DNA of 64,000 nucleotides from a virus: positions 4,592 through 68,591 of the IMG/VR virus record IMGVR_UViG_3300027969_000086; one strand, given 5' to 3'. The notes under the pieces are model-generated. The model worked only from the letters and a program-made list of their open reading frames with translations, searched no databases and had not been told where the DNA came from. The position numbers and the translations under genes were made by a program. This document shows, piece by piece, positions 28,870 through 38,600 of the stretch (position 1 is its first letter; the number at the start of each line of letters is the position of its first letter).

Positions 28870-29730
28870 ATGGCAATTAATTTTCCATCATCGCCCGCTG
28901 CAAATGCAACATACTCGTCAGGAGATGCTACCTGGATCTTTGACGGAACAGTTTGGGACTTGTTAACTGCTAGCAGCCAAGTGGTAATTTCTACCCCTAA
29001 TACTTTTTCAACAGTAGCGGTTGCTGGACAGAGTAATGTGGTTGCAGATACTTCAACCGATACCCTTACATTAATTGCCGGTAGCAATGTCACGCTAACT
29101 ACCGATCCCTCATCCGACAGTATCACTATTAATTCTACAGCAGGTGGCGGTGGCGGCGGCACTAGCAATTCATTTGCAAATATAGCGGTTGCTGGACAAA
29201 CTACGGTAGCGGCAGACAGTGATACTGATACACTTACCTTGGTAGGTAGTGGTATTACTATTACTACCAATGCAGGTACTGATACAATTACATTTACTAG
29301 TTCAGCAGCCAGTACTTTTGCAGGACTTACTGAAGTAGCTCTTGGAAGTTTTAGTATAGATCAAGTTTACATGCCTGCTATTACCATGCTCACTGTTAGC
29401 AATAGTGGAGCGGTTTCTTATTTGTTTGATCAATATTCAGGAAGCAATCCGACTATCTATGCCATAGGCGGAACTACTATAGCATTTAAATTACAATGTG
29501 CAGGCCACCCGTTTGTGATTCAAGACGGAACAGGTACAAATTACAATACTGGATTATTCCATGTAGCACTTAATGGAGCGGTTAGTACCGGATCAAATGC
29601 ACAAGGACAGGTAAATGGAACACTATACTGGAAAGTTCCTGCATCTATTTCTGGAGGATACAGGTATCAATGTACACTGCATCCAATCATGGTCGGCGCT
29701 ATTACAGTTAAAAACATCGTGAGCTTATAA
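28870..29730 (+). CDS. Virion protein with internal repeat and C-terminal cupredoxin-like domain
   Basis: MAINFPSSP N-terminus; duplicated AVAGQ..V.AD..TDTLTL; GHPF...YRYQCTLHPIMVG.ITV. Confidence 0.65.
   Translation: MAINFPSSPAANATYSSGDATWIFDGTVWDLLTASSQVVISTPNTFSTVAVAGQSNVVADTSTDTLTLIAGSNVTLTTDPSSDSITINSTAGGGGGGTSNSFANIAVAGQTTVAADSDTDTLTLVGSGITITTNAGTDTITFTSSAASTFAGLTEVALGSFSIDQVYMPAITMLTVSNSGAVSYLFDQYSGSNPTIYAIGGTTIAFKLQCAGHPFVIQDGTGTNYNTGLFHVALNGAVSTGSNAQGQVNGTLYWKVPASISGGYRYQCTLHPIMVGAITVKNIVSL
28999..29301 (+). repeat. Intragenic direct repeat (2 copies, about 46 codons each)
   Basis: NTFSTVAVAGQSNVVADTSTDTLTL versus NSFANIAVAGQTTVAADSDTDTLTL; shared nucleotide core TAGCGGTTGCTGGACA. 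Confidence 0.75.
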
Positions 29731-29731
29731 A

Positions 29732-29980
29732 ATGAATACTACTGGAATTTATCAATGGTCGAAGACCGAGAACGGAGTCCGCCAAGTTACTCCAGAAATC
29801 ACCAAGCCGTTATATGATGTTGTGATCTTTAATACACAAACCAATCAAAGAATATTGGTCATACAGATGGTTGAATTTTTTGAAAGAGAGAATTTTATTC
29901 AAGAAATATTTGACGGTGCAGTTAGATTTTTAAATGGCGAACCTAACTGCTGCTACGAAGATAAAGTTAGTTGGATTTAA
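29732..29980 (+). CDS. Hypothetical protein (82 aa)
   Basis: Starts immediately after the previous stop; converges with the minus-strand block. Confidence 0.5.
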   Translation: MNTTGIYQWSKTENGVRQVTPEITKPLYDVVIFNTQTNQRILVIQMVEFFERENFIQEIFDGAVRFLNGEPNCCYEDKVSWI

Positions 29981-30245
29981 CTTTTTCGTAATCTTCTAAT
30001 TGCCTAGCTATACTTTGACGAATCTCAGATAGTGTATTGCGACTATCGGAAATCATATTAGGCAACTGTTTAGCCATTAGCACATCTCTATGCTGTTGAT
30101 CAACAGCTCTAACTTCTCGCAATAACTGATTTAGTTTTTCGTTAAGTTCAGTTTTAACTCGATCATTGGTAACATTGTTAATCCGTGATCTCCAATCGTT
30201 AAATTCAGTTTTAAATCTTTCACTGTTTTCCAAAGTTGGCAGCAT
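29967..30245 (-). CDS. Hypothetical helical protein (92 aa)
   Basis: GGAG RBS on the minus strand; coiled-coil-like. Confidence 0.6.
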   Translation of the reverse strand: MLPTLENSERFKTEFNDWRSRINNVTNDRVKTELNEKLNQLLREVRAVDQQHRDVLMAKQLPNMISDSRNTLSEIRQSIARQLEDYEKVKSN

Positions 30246-30615
30246 TTTCTAACTCCATTATAGTATCAATTTTTGTGCGTATCAGCTGATTATTTAATGT
30301 GACCTTAAGACCACCATGCAATTGTTTAGGAAGATAATCTAGACCGCACCACGCTAGTGTGGGCACAGCCTGCGTTAAAAATTCGTTAGAGACCAAACAC
30401 ACATAGGTACCGTATTCAAACCCACGGTCTTCGCTGAGATACAACTCAATGGGCAGTATTCTTCCCGAGTGATAATCTTTAAGTAGCACATCGGCATCTT
30501 CTAACAGTGATGCAGATCTAGCAAATGTGGGCACAGTCCATTTCTCATCTTGAAGAATGAGTAGGATTCTACCCGTAGTTTTTGCTAGAAATAATAAGCC
30601 GGCTCGTTGTTGCAT
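30220..30615 (-). CDS. NUDIX-fold-like protein (degenerate Nudix box)
   Basis: AGLLFLA..TGRILL, FEY.TY.CLV..EF, LP..LH.G pattern, but no GX5EX7REUXEE motif. Confidence 0.45.
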   Translation of the reverse strand: MQQRAGLLFLAKTTGRILLILQDEKWTVPTFARSASLLEDADVLLKDYHSGRILPIELYLSEDRGFEYGTYVCLVSNEFLTQAVPTLAWCGLDYLPKQLHGGLKVTLNNQLIRTKIDTIMELENAANFGKQ

Positions 30616-30625
30616 CCAGTACTTA

Positions 30626-32506
30626 TTAAGGATTTAGAGTCAATCTCCAAGATCCTGGCAAGTATTCACCCTCAAACGATTTCAACCATTGGACACCGTC
30701 CCACTTGTATTGTATACCTGTTCGTAGGTTGGTAATGTAGATGTTGGTAGTAACTTCTTCAGGATCAAAAACACTAACCCAACGACTTCCATTCCACTCA
30801 ATAATGCTGTTGGCTTTAATGAATACATCTGAATCGTCTAGATTTTTCCAAGCAGTTGGTCCCGAACTACGCTCTGGTTTACCTGGTAAGTAAACATCAG
30901 TTTCAACGAGTAGGGTATCGGGATCGTCGCCTTCTGAGAACCAATCTGGATAGGTATATTTTTCAATGGTGTACTTTATAACACTGGCAACGCCATTGCC
31001 GTCTTCTAGTGGAGGAAACTCATTCAGTCGTATTTTGTATTTGCCTGACACTGTTCTGTAACTTGTTGATGCAAAAGTTTCAAATACACCGCCGTCTTCA
31101 ACTTCTGTAAATCCCACTTCAACACCGTTGACATACACTTTGGTTTGAAAAATGTTGCTATACGACCTTGGCAAGTTAGAGGCGCTGGCCTTTTGCTTTT
31201 GATCGGGTCTAACAATTCTGTAGTAATCTATGTCAGTGTCAATAATATTGGTAGCAATGCTGGCTGCTCGAGTTGGTGCAAGAAACATGTTTAGATCATC
31301 TAACATTAGATATCTTAATCCAACAGGATAGTTTGCCTTTGTTCCGTAGGTCGACAACGGATTGAAGTTATAGGGATTAATGATAGCATCTATTGTGCCC
31401 TTGCTGGCTGAACGCACACTGGTATAAACTGTGTTGTCAGGATATCTTCCTGTGGCAATCAATGTATTGCCCGGAACGGTGTCCATGTCCATAGACACAA
31501 CCAATAGTGTAGGATCTACAGGGTTGACAGTAATGGAGCCAACAAGTTCGCCACCGTTAGGCTGTTTAAATGTAATTCTGCTAACACCTTCTTTATAACC
31601 ACCATATTGATCTAGCACCAATTGCCAATCTAATTTTTTGCCAATTTTTTCAGGAGGTAAATCTAGTCCAGCATCAAGCACAGCCTGTCCAACATCCACA
31701 ATACTGATATTATAATCTCCAGCTACTCCGTTATCTGCCTTTAGCATAACAATGCCATAGCGTTTGTATTCAACAGCAGTTTGCAGATCTCCGTCGTTGT
31801 AAATCAAGTTGTTGATGTTAACTGCATCGCCTGTATTAGTAAACATATTGTTGATAACTGCACGAACAACACCCAGTTTCTTGACTTTAGTCGGAGGACT
31901 AATGTATATAGGCATTTCAAATTCTAAACTGGCAATGTCTATATCGGTGTCTGTACCTTGTGGTATTGACCTAGAACTAAAATTTGTACTAGTAAGATAG
32001 ATAACACTAAGACTGGTCCAATCAACATAGTTGTCTGTAGTCTGCACTTCAAGACTAGGATTGAATAGGATTAATATTTGCTCAAGCAATTGCAATTTTT
32101 GATCAGTGTTAGATGTCCATACATCTGCCTTGACCTTGAGTTTAAAAGGAGTAGGCATCAATCTTTCAACAGTATAGCCTGCACCTTGTTCAGTACCATA
32201 TACTCGTTGCCCTGCAACATCTTCATAGGTGCGCTCTCGTATATTCACCTTGCTGACAAATGTGCTGTCTGCTAATCTACTAGTGTCTAATTCTAACCCC
32301 GTAATATAACAGGAAATTCTAGGAACTGTAGGCATTTTGTTTTCGCTATTATCTTTAATGATACTAGCAACTTGCCTAGTTAGGTCACCATACATAACAG
32401 GCACCAGGCGTTCTTCTTTGTCCCCAGCCTGATATTTAAATCCAATAAACACCCGCATGAACTGTGTTACATACCGGCGTATCTGTCCATCATAAAAGAA
32501 ATCCAT
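30626..32506 (-). CDS. gp15: Tail sheath stabiliser/terminator (T4 gp15-like) with C-terminal extension
   Basis: FFYD.QIRRY..QF..VF N-terminus, VPV.YG, MP.P..., QLLEQIL..FNP. Confidence 0.75.
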   Translation of the reverse strand: MDFFYDGQIRRYVTQFMRVFIGFKYQAGDKEERLVPVMYGDLTRQVASIIKDNSENKMPTVPRISCYITGLELDTSRLADSTFVSKVNIRERTYEDVAGQRVYGTEQGAGYTVERLMPTPFKLKVKADVWTSNTDQKLQLLEQILILFNPSLEVQTTDNYVDWTSLSVIYLTSTNFSSRSIPQGTDTDIDIASLEFEMPIYISPPTKVKKLGVVRAVINNMFTNTGDAVNINNLIYNDGDLQTAVEYKRYGIVMLKADNGVAGDYNISIVDVGQAVLDAGLDLPPEKIGKKLDWQLVLDQYGGYKEGVSRITFKQPNGGELVGSITVNPVDPTLLVVSMDMDTVPGNTLIATGRYPDNTVYTSVRSASKGTIDAIINPYNFNPLSTYGTKANYPVGLRYLMLDDLNMFLAPTRAASIATNIIDTDIDYYRIVRPDQKQKASASNLPRSYSNIFQTKVYVNGVEVGFTEVEDGGVFETFASTSYRTVSGKYKIRLNEFPPLEDGNGVASVIKYTIEKYTYPDWFSEGDDPDTLLVETDVYLPGKPERSSGPTAWKNLDDSDVFIKANSIIEWNGSRWVSVFDPEEVTTNIYITNLRTGIQYKWDGVQWLKSFEGEYLPGSWRLTLNP

Positions 32507-33786
32507 TATTCGTCTGCCTCTGGTCTAAGAGCTTTTGACAAACTCTGGCGCTCTTTAACTGTCTTACCATTAATAGTAGTAGCTTTTGTATTATTGACAA
32601 AATCTGCTTTTTGTGTTTGTCTAACATCTTTACCAACAAATCTGTCACCAGTTCCTACATCGCTTTCACCCAGATTGTTCATGGTCATTCTTACATTGTC
32701 CTCAATCTTGATCCAGCGTGTGCCACTGTACCTAAACAAGCGAGTAGGCAAGTAATCTGTTCGCAAACAGAATTGGCCTTCTTGAGGTGTTGTTGGGAAA
32801 GCAATACCAGCGGTAAATCTAGCACCGTTGGCCGGAATGGCGTCAGCCAACCAAGTATCTGTATTGCCGTTTATTTCCCCATACCCGCCACGCTCAATAC
32901 TTCTATAAGTTTGATCAGCAGTAACCCCAGCATATATTGGATTACCTTCAGTGTCAAATAGTGGAGCACCGTTTTCATCTGTGGCCTGCGGCTGGTTGTT
33001 TGTAATGAAAGTTGTTTCTAGGTCAGCACTGATCAGTTGAGGATTACCATCTGGACCTTTTTGTAAATGATAAAACTGTGTAGTATCAAATCCACTCTTC
33101 GGCGCATCCGCTTCTGCTTGATCCAATACCGCAGCAGTGATCTGCATTTCTTTTTCATAGGTTGACATGATATCGCGCAGTGTGGTATTACTGCCTTCTT
33201 CTGCAACACCGTCAAGTATCTGTTTAAATTCTTGACTGTCAACCAGTGGTTTACATTTTGCACGATATAAATGTGGGTACCAAGTTACTGAAAATCCTTC
33301 TGCTGCCCTATTAACTTCTTCAACAACATAGAATCGTTTGAGAGCAAATTGCAAATTGTTTAAAGCGTGTTCGTCTTTTAGGTGCGGAAGTTCAATAACA
33401 TCGCCACTCATAATCTTACGACCTATTTTTTCCACAGTATCGTTAATATGGAAAGTCATAAAGATTGTGTCGTTTTGTAAAAATAAGCCAAATTGACTTA
33501 GGTTAAAATCAATGTCTGCTAGATTGTAAACACCACGCAATAGATAAATGTCGGGATCGTACTTGCGATCACGGTTTTCTAAAAACAACAGGTCTTGAAT
33601 TTGTGTTTCGTTGGAAGTTCCGTAGTCTGGAGTACTTGGTGTATCACCTTGTGTGGCAGCACCGGGTCCAATATACTTGTGAACCAGCACATCAGTACCG
33701 CCAACTTGGAACATTTCCCAAATGGTTTTGTCAATAAATTTATAATCATTGCCCTTTTCTGGGCGGTATAAGCTGAGTCTTGGCAT
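32506..33786 (-). CDS. gp14: Neck / head-closure protein (T4 gp14-like)
   Basis: LSQFGLF..ND.I...H...GDVIELPHL; lies between the gp15-like and gp13-like genes. Confidence 0.65.
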   Translation of the reverse strand: MPRLSLYRPEKGNDYKFIDKTIWEMFQVGGTDVLVHKYIGPGAATQGDTPSTPDYGTSNETQIQDLLFLENRDRKYDPDIYLLRGVYNLADIDFNLSQFGLFLQNDTIFMTFHINDTVEKIGRKIMSGDVIELPHLKDEHALNNLQFALKRFYVVEEVNRAAEGFSVTWYPHLYRAKCKPLVDSQEFKQILDGVAEEGSNTTLRDIMSTYEKEMQITAAVLDQAEADAPKSGFDTTQFYHLQKGPDGNPQLISADLETTFITNNQPQATDENGAPLFDTEGNPIYAGVTADQTYRSIERGGYGEINGNTDTWLADAIPANGARFTAGIAFPTTPQEGQFCLRTDYLPTRLFRYSGTRWIKIEDNVRMTMNNLGESDVGTGDRFVGKDVRQTQKADFVNNTKATTINGKTVKERQSLSKALRPEADE

Positions 33787-33820
33787 AGTAGTATATTTAC
33801 CGCTGCCGATAAATAGCTGT

Positions 33821-34579
33821 ATGAACCAAATAGATCAAGCCAAAAAAGAAGTCTACGACTACTGCAAACTCATGCTGGGCGACGGCATGATCGACATTGA
33901 ACTAGACCCGCAGCACTACGAAATTGCGCTGACTCGAAGCCTAGCTGTTTTCCGTCAACGAAGCGATAATGCAGTTGAAGAAAGTTATGCGTTTATGACC
34001 TTGTTGCCTGACACTAATGAGTATATTCTTCCAAAGGAGATACAGCAGGTTCGACAGATTTTCCGTCGAAGTGTTGGTTCAAGAAGCGGCAACGGCTCTG
34101 GCGGCACCGTATTTGAACCGTTCAACATGGCCTACACAAACACCTATTTGTTATCATCAACAAACATGGGTGGCTTACTAACCTATGAATTGTTCAGTCA
34201 GTATCAAGAACTAGTTGGTAAAATGTTTGGAAGTTTTATTAACTTTACATGGCATCCAACACATCGCAAGTTGATTATTCAACAACGGCCCCGTGGTGAA
34301 GAAGAAGTAATGCTATGGGTGTATAATACTCGTCCGGATTTTGGGATCATCAACGATACCTATGCAGGGCAATGGGTCAAAGACTACAGCCTAGCCAACT
34401 GCAAAATGATGCTAGGGCAAGCTCGTGAAAAGTTTGCTCAAATTGCAGGACCCGGAGGTGGTAGCAGCCTAAACGGTGCAGCCATGAAAGCTGAAGCGCA
34501 AACAGATCTAGAACGATTGACCAAAGAATTAGAAACTCTAGTTTCGGGCGGTTCTGGCTACAGTTTCATAATTGGTTAA
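33821..34579 (+). CDS. gp13: Neck / adaptor protein (T4 gp13-like)
   Basis: DY....LG.GMIDIEL, WVKDY.LA..K..LG.AR.KF..I.GP.GG.SLNG..M..EA; start placed at ATG 33821 after GATAAATA. Confidence 0.8.
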   Translation: MNQIDQAKKEVYDYCKLMLGDGMIDIELDPQHYEIALTRSLAVFRQRSDNAVEESYAFMTLLPDTNEYILPKEIQQVRQIFRRSVGSRSGNGSGGTVFEPFNMAYTNTYLLSSTNMGGLLTYELFSQYQELVGKMFGSFINFTWHPTHRKLIIQQRPRGEEEVMLWVYNTRPDFGIINDTYAGQWVKDYSLANCKMMLGQAREKFAQIAGPGGGSSLNGAAMKAEAQTDLERLTKELETLVSGGSGYSFIIG

Positions 34580-34585
34580 CCAGAG

Positions 34586-34614
34586 TTGACCTTGTAGTTA
34601 TTCTATAGTATACT
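34586..34614 (+). promoter_or_regulatory. Sigma70-like promoter for dNMP kinase
   Basis: TTGACC-N17-TATACT, followed by AGGAG RBS. Confidence 0.7.
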
Positions 34615-34633
34615 TGTCTTATAGGAGACATTT

Positions 34634-35287
34634 ATGATTATAGGAATATGCGGATTCATCGGCAGCGGCAAAGACACAGTTGCTGATTACCTTGTTAACT
34701 TCCACGAATTTAGACGAGAGTCATTTGCCAACACACTTAAAGATGCAGTGGCCGCAGTGTTCGGGTGGGACCGCACCTTGCTTGAAGGGCGTACCAAAGA
34801 AGCCCGTGAGTGGCGTGAACAAGTAGATCCGTGGTGGGCAGAACGACTAGCAATGCCTACACTAACTCCTAGGTGGGTACTACAATACTGGGGCACCGAA
34901 GTATGCCGTAGATCATTCCATGACGACATATGGATTGCTAGCCTAGAAAACAAACTCCGAATGAGCAAAGATAATGTAGTAATCAGTGACTGCCGCTTTC
35001 CTAACGAAATACAAAGCATACGAGATGCAGGTGGAAAGATCGTTTGGGTACAGCGTGGCAACTTACCTGATTGGTACCAAACAGCCCTGGATGCTAATGC
35101 AGGGCACAATTATGCAGTACAGGATTTAAAAATGCGTAAGATCCATGCCAGCGAAACGGCTTGGGTAGGAACAGACTTTGACAGTATCCTAGATAACAAT
35201 TACACAATCGATAACTTGTATCAACAAGCAAAACTAATAGTCAGCAACGAGATCACCTTGCTTCCAGTTAACTCCGTCCTTGGCTAA
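34634..35287 (+). CDS. gp1: Deoxynucleoside monophosphate kinase (T4 gp1-like)
   Basis: IIGICGFIGSGKDT P-loop, SFA..LKD, TPR.VLQ..GTE, VISDCRFPNE, HASE. Confidence 0.9.
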   Translation: MIIGICGFIGSGKDTVADYLVNFHEFRRESFANTLKDAVAAVFGWDRTLLEGRTKEAREWREQVDPWWAERLAMPTLTPRWVLQYWGTEVCRRSFHDDIWIASLENKLRMSKDNVVISDCRFPNEIQSIRDAGGKIVWVQRGNLPDWYQTALDANAGHNYAVQDLKMRKIHASETAWVGTDFDSILDNNYTIDNLYQQAKLIVSNEITLLPVNSVLG

Positions 35288-35569
35288 TACCTGAGCACAA
35301 TTAGCGCAGACTGTTTTTAAATTAGCAGGCCGGCAGTTATCAAGATTGCCATCAACATGAAAAACCTTAAAAGGTTCTTTGTGAACACTTCTAAATCCAC
35401 AGCGATCACACTGTGACTTTATTCTATACCCTGCTCTAAACCAGCGGGGTATCCCGTGATTAACTCCGTGTGCCATGCAGATCTCGCAGAGGCTACGATA
35501 GTAGATTCTGTTGTTTTTCTTGTAGTTAACCGCACGGGGTCTAGAACCGCATTTGCATAAAGGTCTCAT
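35234..35569 (-). CDS. HNH endonuclease-like zinc-finger protein
   Basis: CxC, CxxC, CDRC, HVDGN..N....NL..VCANC; start placed at ATG 35569, 5 nt after TGTAAATA. Confidence 0.7.
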   Translation of the reverse strand: MRPLCKCGSRPRAVNYKKNNRIYYRSLCEICMAHGVNHGIPRWFRAGYRIKSQCDRCGFRSVHKEPFKVFHVDGNLDNCRPANLKTVCANCAQVLAKDGVNWKQGDLVADY

Positions 35570-35674
35570 ACAGATATTTACACCTTTTTCGCCCCTTTTC
35601 AATATGCTATAAGTGCCCATTTTTCCTAGACTACGCTAAATATTATGAGAGAACTAAACTCAGGAGATAACGAT

Positions 35675-38600
35675 ATGGCACTAGTTTCCCCAGGCGTACA
35701 AGTTACGATAATTGATGAGAGCTTTTATACACCAGCTGAACCTGGTACCACTCCTCTTATTGTTGTAGCTACAGCACAGGATAAAAGCAATGGAGCAGGC
35801 ACAGGCACTGCTACTGCGACAACAAAAGCAAATGCTGGAAAAGCATTTAGATTAACAAGTCAGAAAGATGTTGGCGACTTGTTTGGTGTTCCTTTCTTTG
35901 AAAAGACCCCTAGCAACACACCGATTCACGGTAGTGAGCGTAATGAATATGGACTATTAGCAGCTTACAGCTACCTAGGTGTTTCAGCAAGTGCATTTAT
36001 TGTACGTGCCGATGTTAACCTAAGCGAGCTAGAAGGCACAGCAACAGAGCCAGGTGCAGAGCCAGATGATGGTGCATGGTGGGTTGATACTCGCGGCACA
36101 ACATACGGTATCTTTGAGTGGAATGGTGCAGCCGGTGACACCACAGGCGGCCAATCATTCACAATGAAAGAGCCAATCGTTCTAACAGACGATGATGCAA
36201 CAACAAAAATTACCAGCAATGCACCAAGAGGATCAGTTGGATCTATTGGCGATTATGCTGTGGTATTTGAAACTGGTACAGTACAAAAAGAACTAGCAAG
36301 AATTTACTTCAAAAGCCCAGGTGGCGGCTACAACCAAAGCGGTAGTCTAGTAACAGCAGGTTCATGGGTTAAGGTTGGTAGCGGTGGTTGGGCAGCTAGC
36401 TGGCCAACAGTTACTTCTAAAACTATTGGAACACCTTCATGGTCAATAAGTGACACCTTTACATTAAACGGTACATTAATTACAGTTAGCGGTGTAACAC
36501 TAGCAGCTCTAGTCAGCGACATTAATACAGCAATGGGCGGCAGCTCTGGTGTTTATGCTAAAGCAGTAAACAACAAACTGTATCTATACAGCAACGGTGC
36601 AACTGAAGGCAATGCAGACTCAACAAGTTCTGGTAGCATTGTTCTAACAGCCGGCACAGGTGATGTTATTGCCGCAACTACAACATTGAGTGATGTTGGT
36701 ATTAAGGCAGGTGAATATTTCCCCCCAACATTGTCTATCGCTCCGCATACAAGTGTTCCAGAATACAAGTCTGGTGATACTGAGCCAAAGCCAACTGGAA
36801 GTGTGTGGTTGAAAACCACAGAGCCAGGCGAAGGCGCCCGTTGGAGAGTCAAACGTTGGAATTCTGCTACACAAGCATGGGTAGCCTACGATGCTCCAAT
36901 CTATGACACCAGCGCAAGTGCATTGTATTACCTAGACCGTAGTGGCGGTGGTACAAGTATTCCTTCTGACAGCATTTATGTGTTAGCCAATGCTGAAGAA
37001 CAATTCAGCTATGCTGACGGCACTGACGAAGCTCCAGATGCTCGCGATACAACTTTTAAAGAGTTAAGTTTCCGTGTTTGGAGACGAGCAACTACAGGTG
37101 CAACCGTTGTTGAATCTGCAGTTATCACAACAGGTACACTTACAGGTGGCGCCAATACATTCACAATTAAACAGAGTATCAAAGGCAGTTTAGCACTATC
37201 AGCTGCTAGCACAGTTAGTTTTACAGCAGTAGGTACAAGTGCTGATGCTGAAACACTAGCGGCAGCTATCAATGCTATCACAATGTTTGGTGCTGACGGT
37301 AGTCAAGTTACTAACCATATCGAAGCAGCAGTTACAGCAGACGGTACAGTTACACTAAGCCACAAAGTTGGTGGTGAAATTCGTTTAACAAATGGTACAC
37401 TTAACCCTGTTTCTGCATTGTTTACAGCTTATAATGTAATTACAGAAGCTGGTACAGCTAATTTCTATACTGCTCCTACAGAAGCTCCAGAAGATTACAT
37501 TGTTACTAACTGGCGTCCACTGGCTGACGAAGCCACAAATGGCTTTGCAGCAAGTCCAGATGCTCCATTGAACGAGCCAACAGATGGTCAACTATGGTAC
37601 AACAACAGCTTTGCTGAAGTTGATATTATGGTTCACAACGGTCGTACTTGGGTTGGTTACAAGCATTCTACAAGCCCATACTATAACGTTACAGCATCAC
37701 TAAAAACAAGCCCAGGTGGTCCTATTGTAGGCGCAACTGCTCCAGCAGCAGCCAACGGTCAAAGCGACGGTACAGCACTAGTTAACGGCGATCTATGGAT
37801 CAGCACAGCTGACATGGAAAACTTCCCAACAATTTACAAGTGGGATGGCTTAAACCTAGAGTGGGCATTGGTTGACAAAACTGATCAAATCACCGATCAA
37901 GGCGTGCTATTTGCCGATGCTCGTTGGGCAACCAGTGGTGCATCAAGCACACCAAGCACAATTGCTGATCTATTAGAAAATAATTTCTTAGACACAGATG
38001 CTCCAGATCCTGCACTATATCCAAAGGGTATGTTGCTATGGAACCTACGCCGAAGTGGTGGTAACGTTAAGAAATATCAAAACAGCTACATTGATCTAGC
38101 CGCAGACAACGCAAGAACTGGCGCCGCTACTCTAGCTGGTAACGCATTTGTTTCCGGTGAAAGTATGAGCGGTTACTGGTCAGATCGTTGGACTACAGAA
38201 AGTGGCAACAACGAAGACGGTTCAGGCGCATTTGGTCGTCTTGCACAACGTAAGGTTGTTGTACAGGCAATGAAGTCAGTTATTGATACCAGCATTGAAA
38301 TCCGCGACGAAGAGCGCAGAAACTTCAACTTGATCGCTGCCCCTGGATATCCAGAAACGCTACAGAACTTGATCAGCTTGAACATTGATCGTGGTCAAAC
38401 AGCGTTTGTTATCGGTGATACACCATTGCGTCTACCAAGCGATGCTACATCATTGTTGAACTGGGGTACTAATGCTGCTCTAGTAACAGACAACGGTGAC
38501 GACGGCATTGTCAGCTATGACGAATATTGTGCAGTTTACTATCCAAATGGATTTACCACAGACTTAGGCGGCGCTAACGCAGTTGTTCCAGCTTCACACA

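Noticed and set aside
35234-35569. HNH ORF as a mobile intron or homing element
   Set aside because: It is free-standing, has its own late-type promoter and interrupts no gene; no intron structure is evident.
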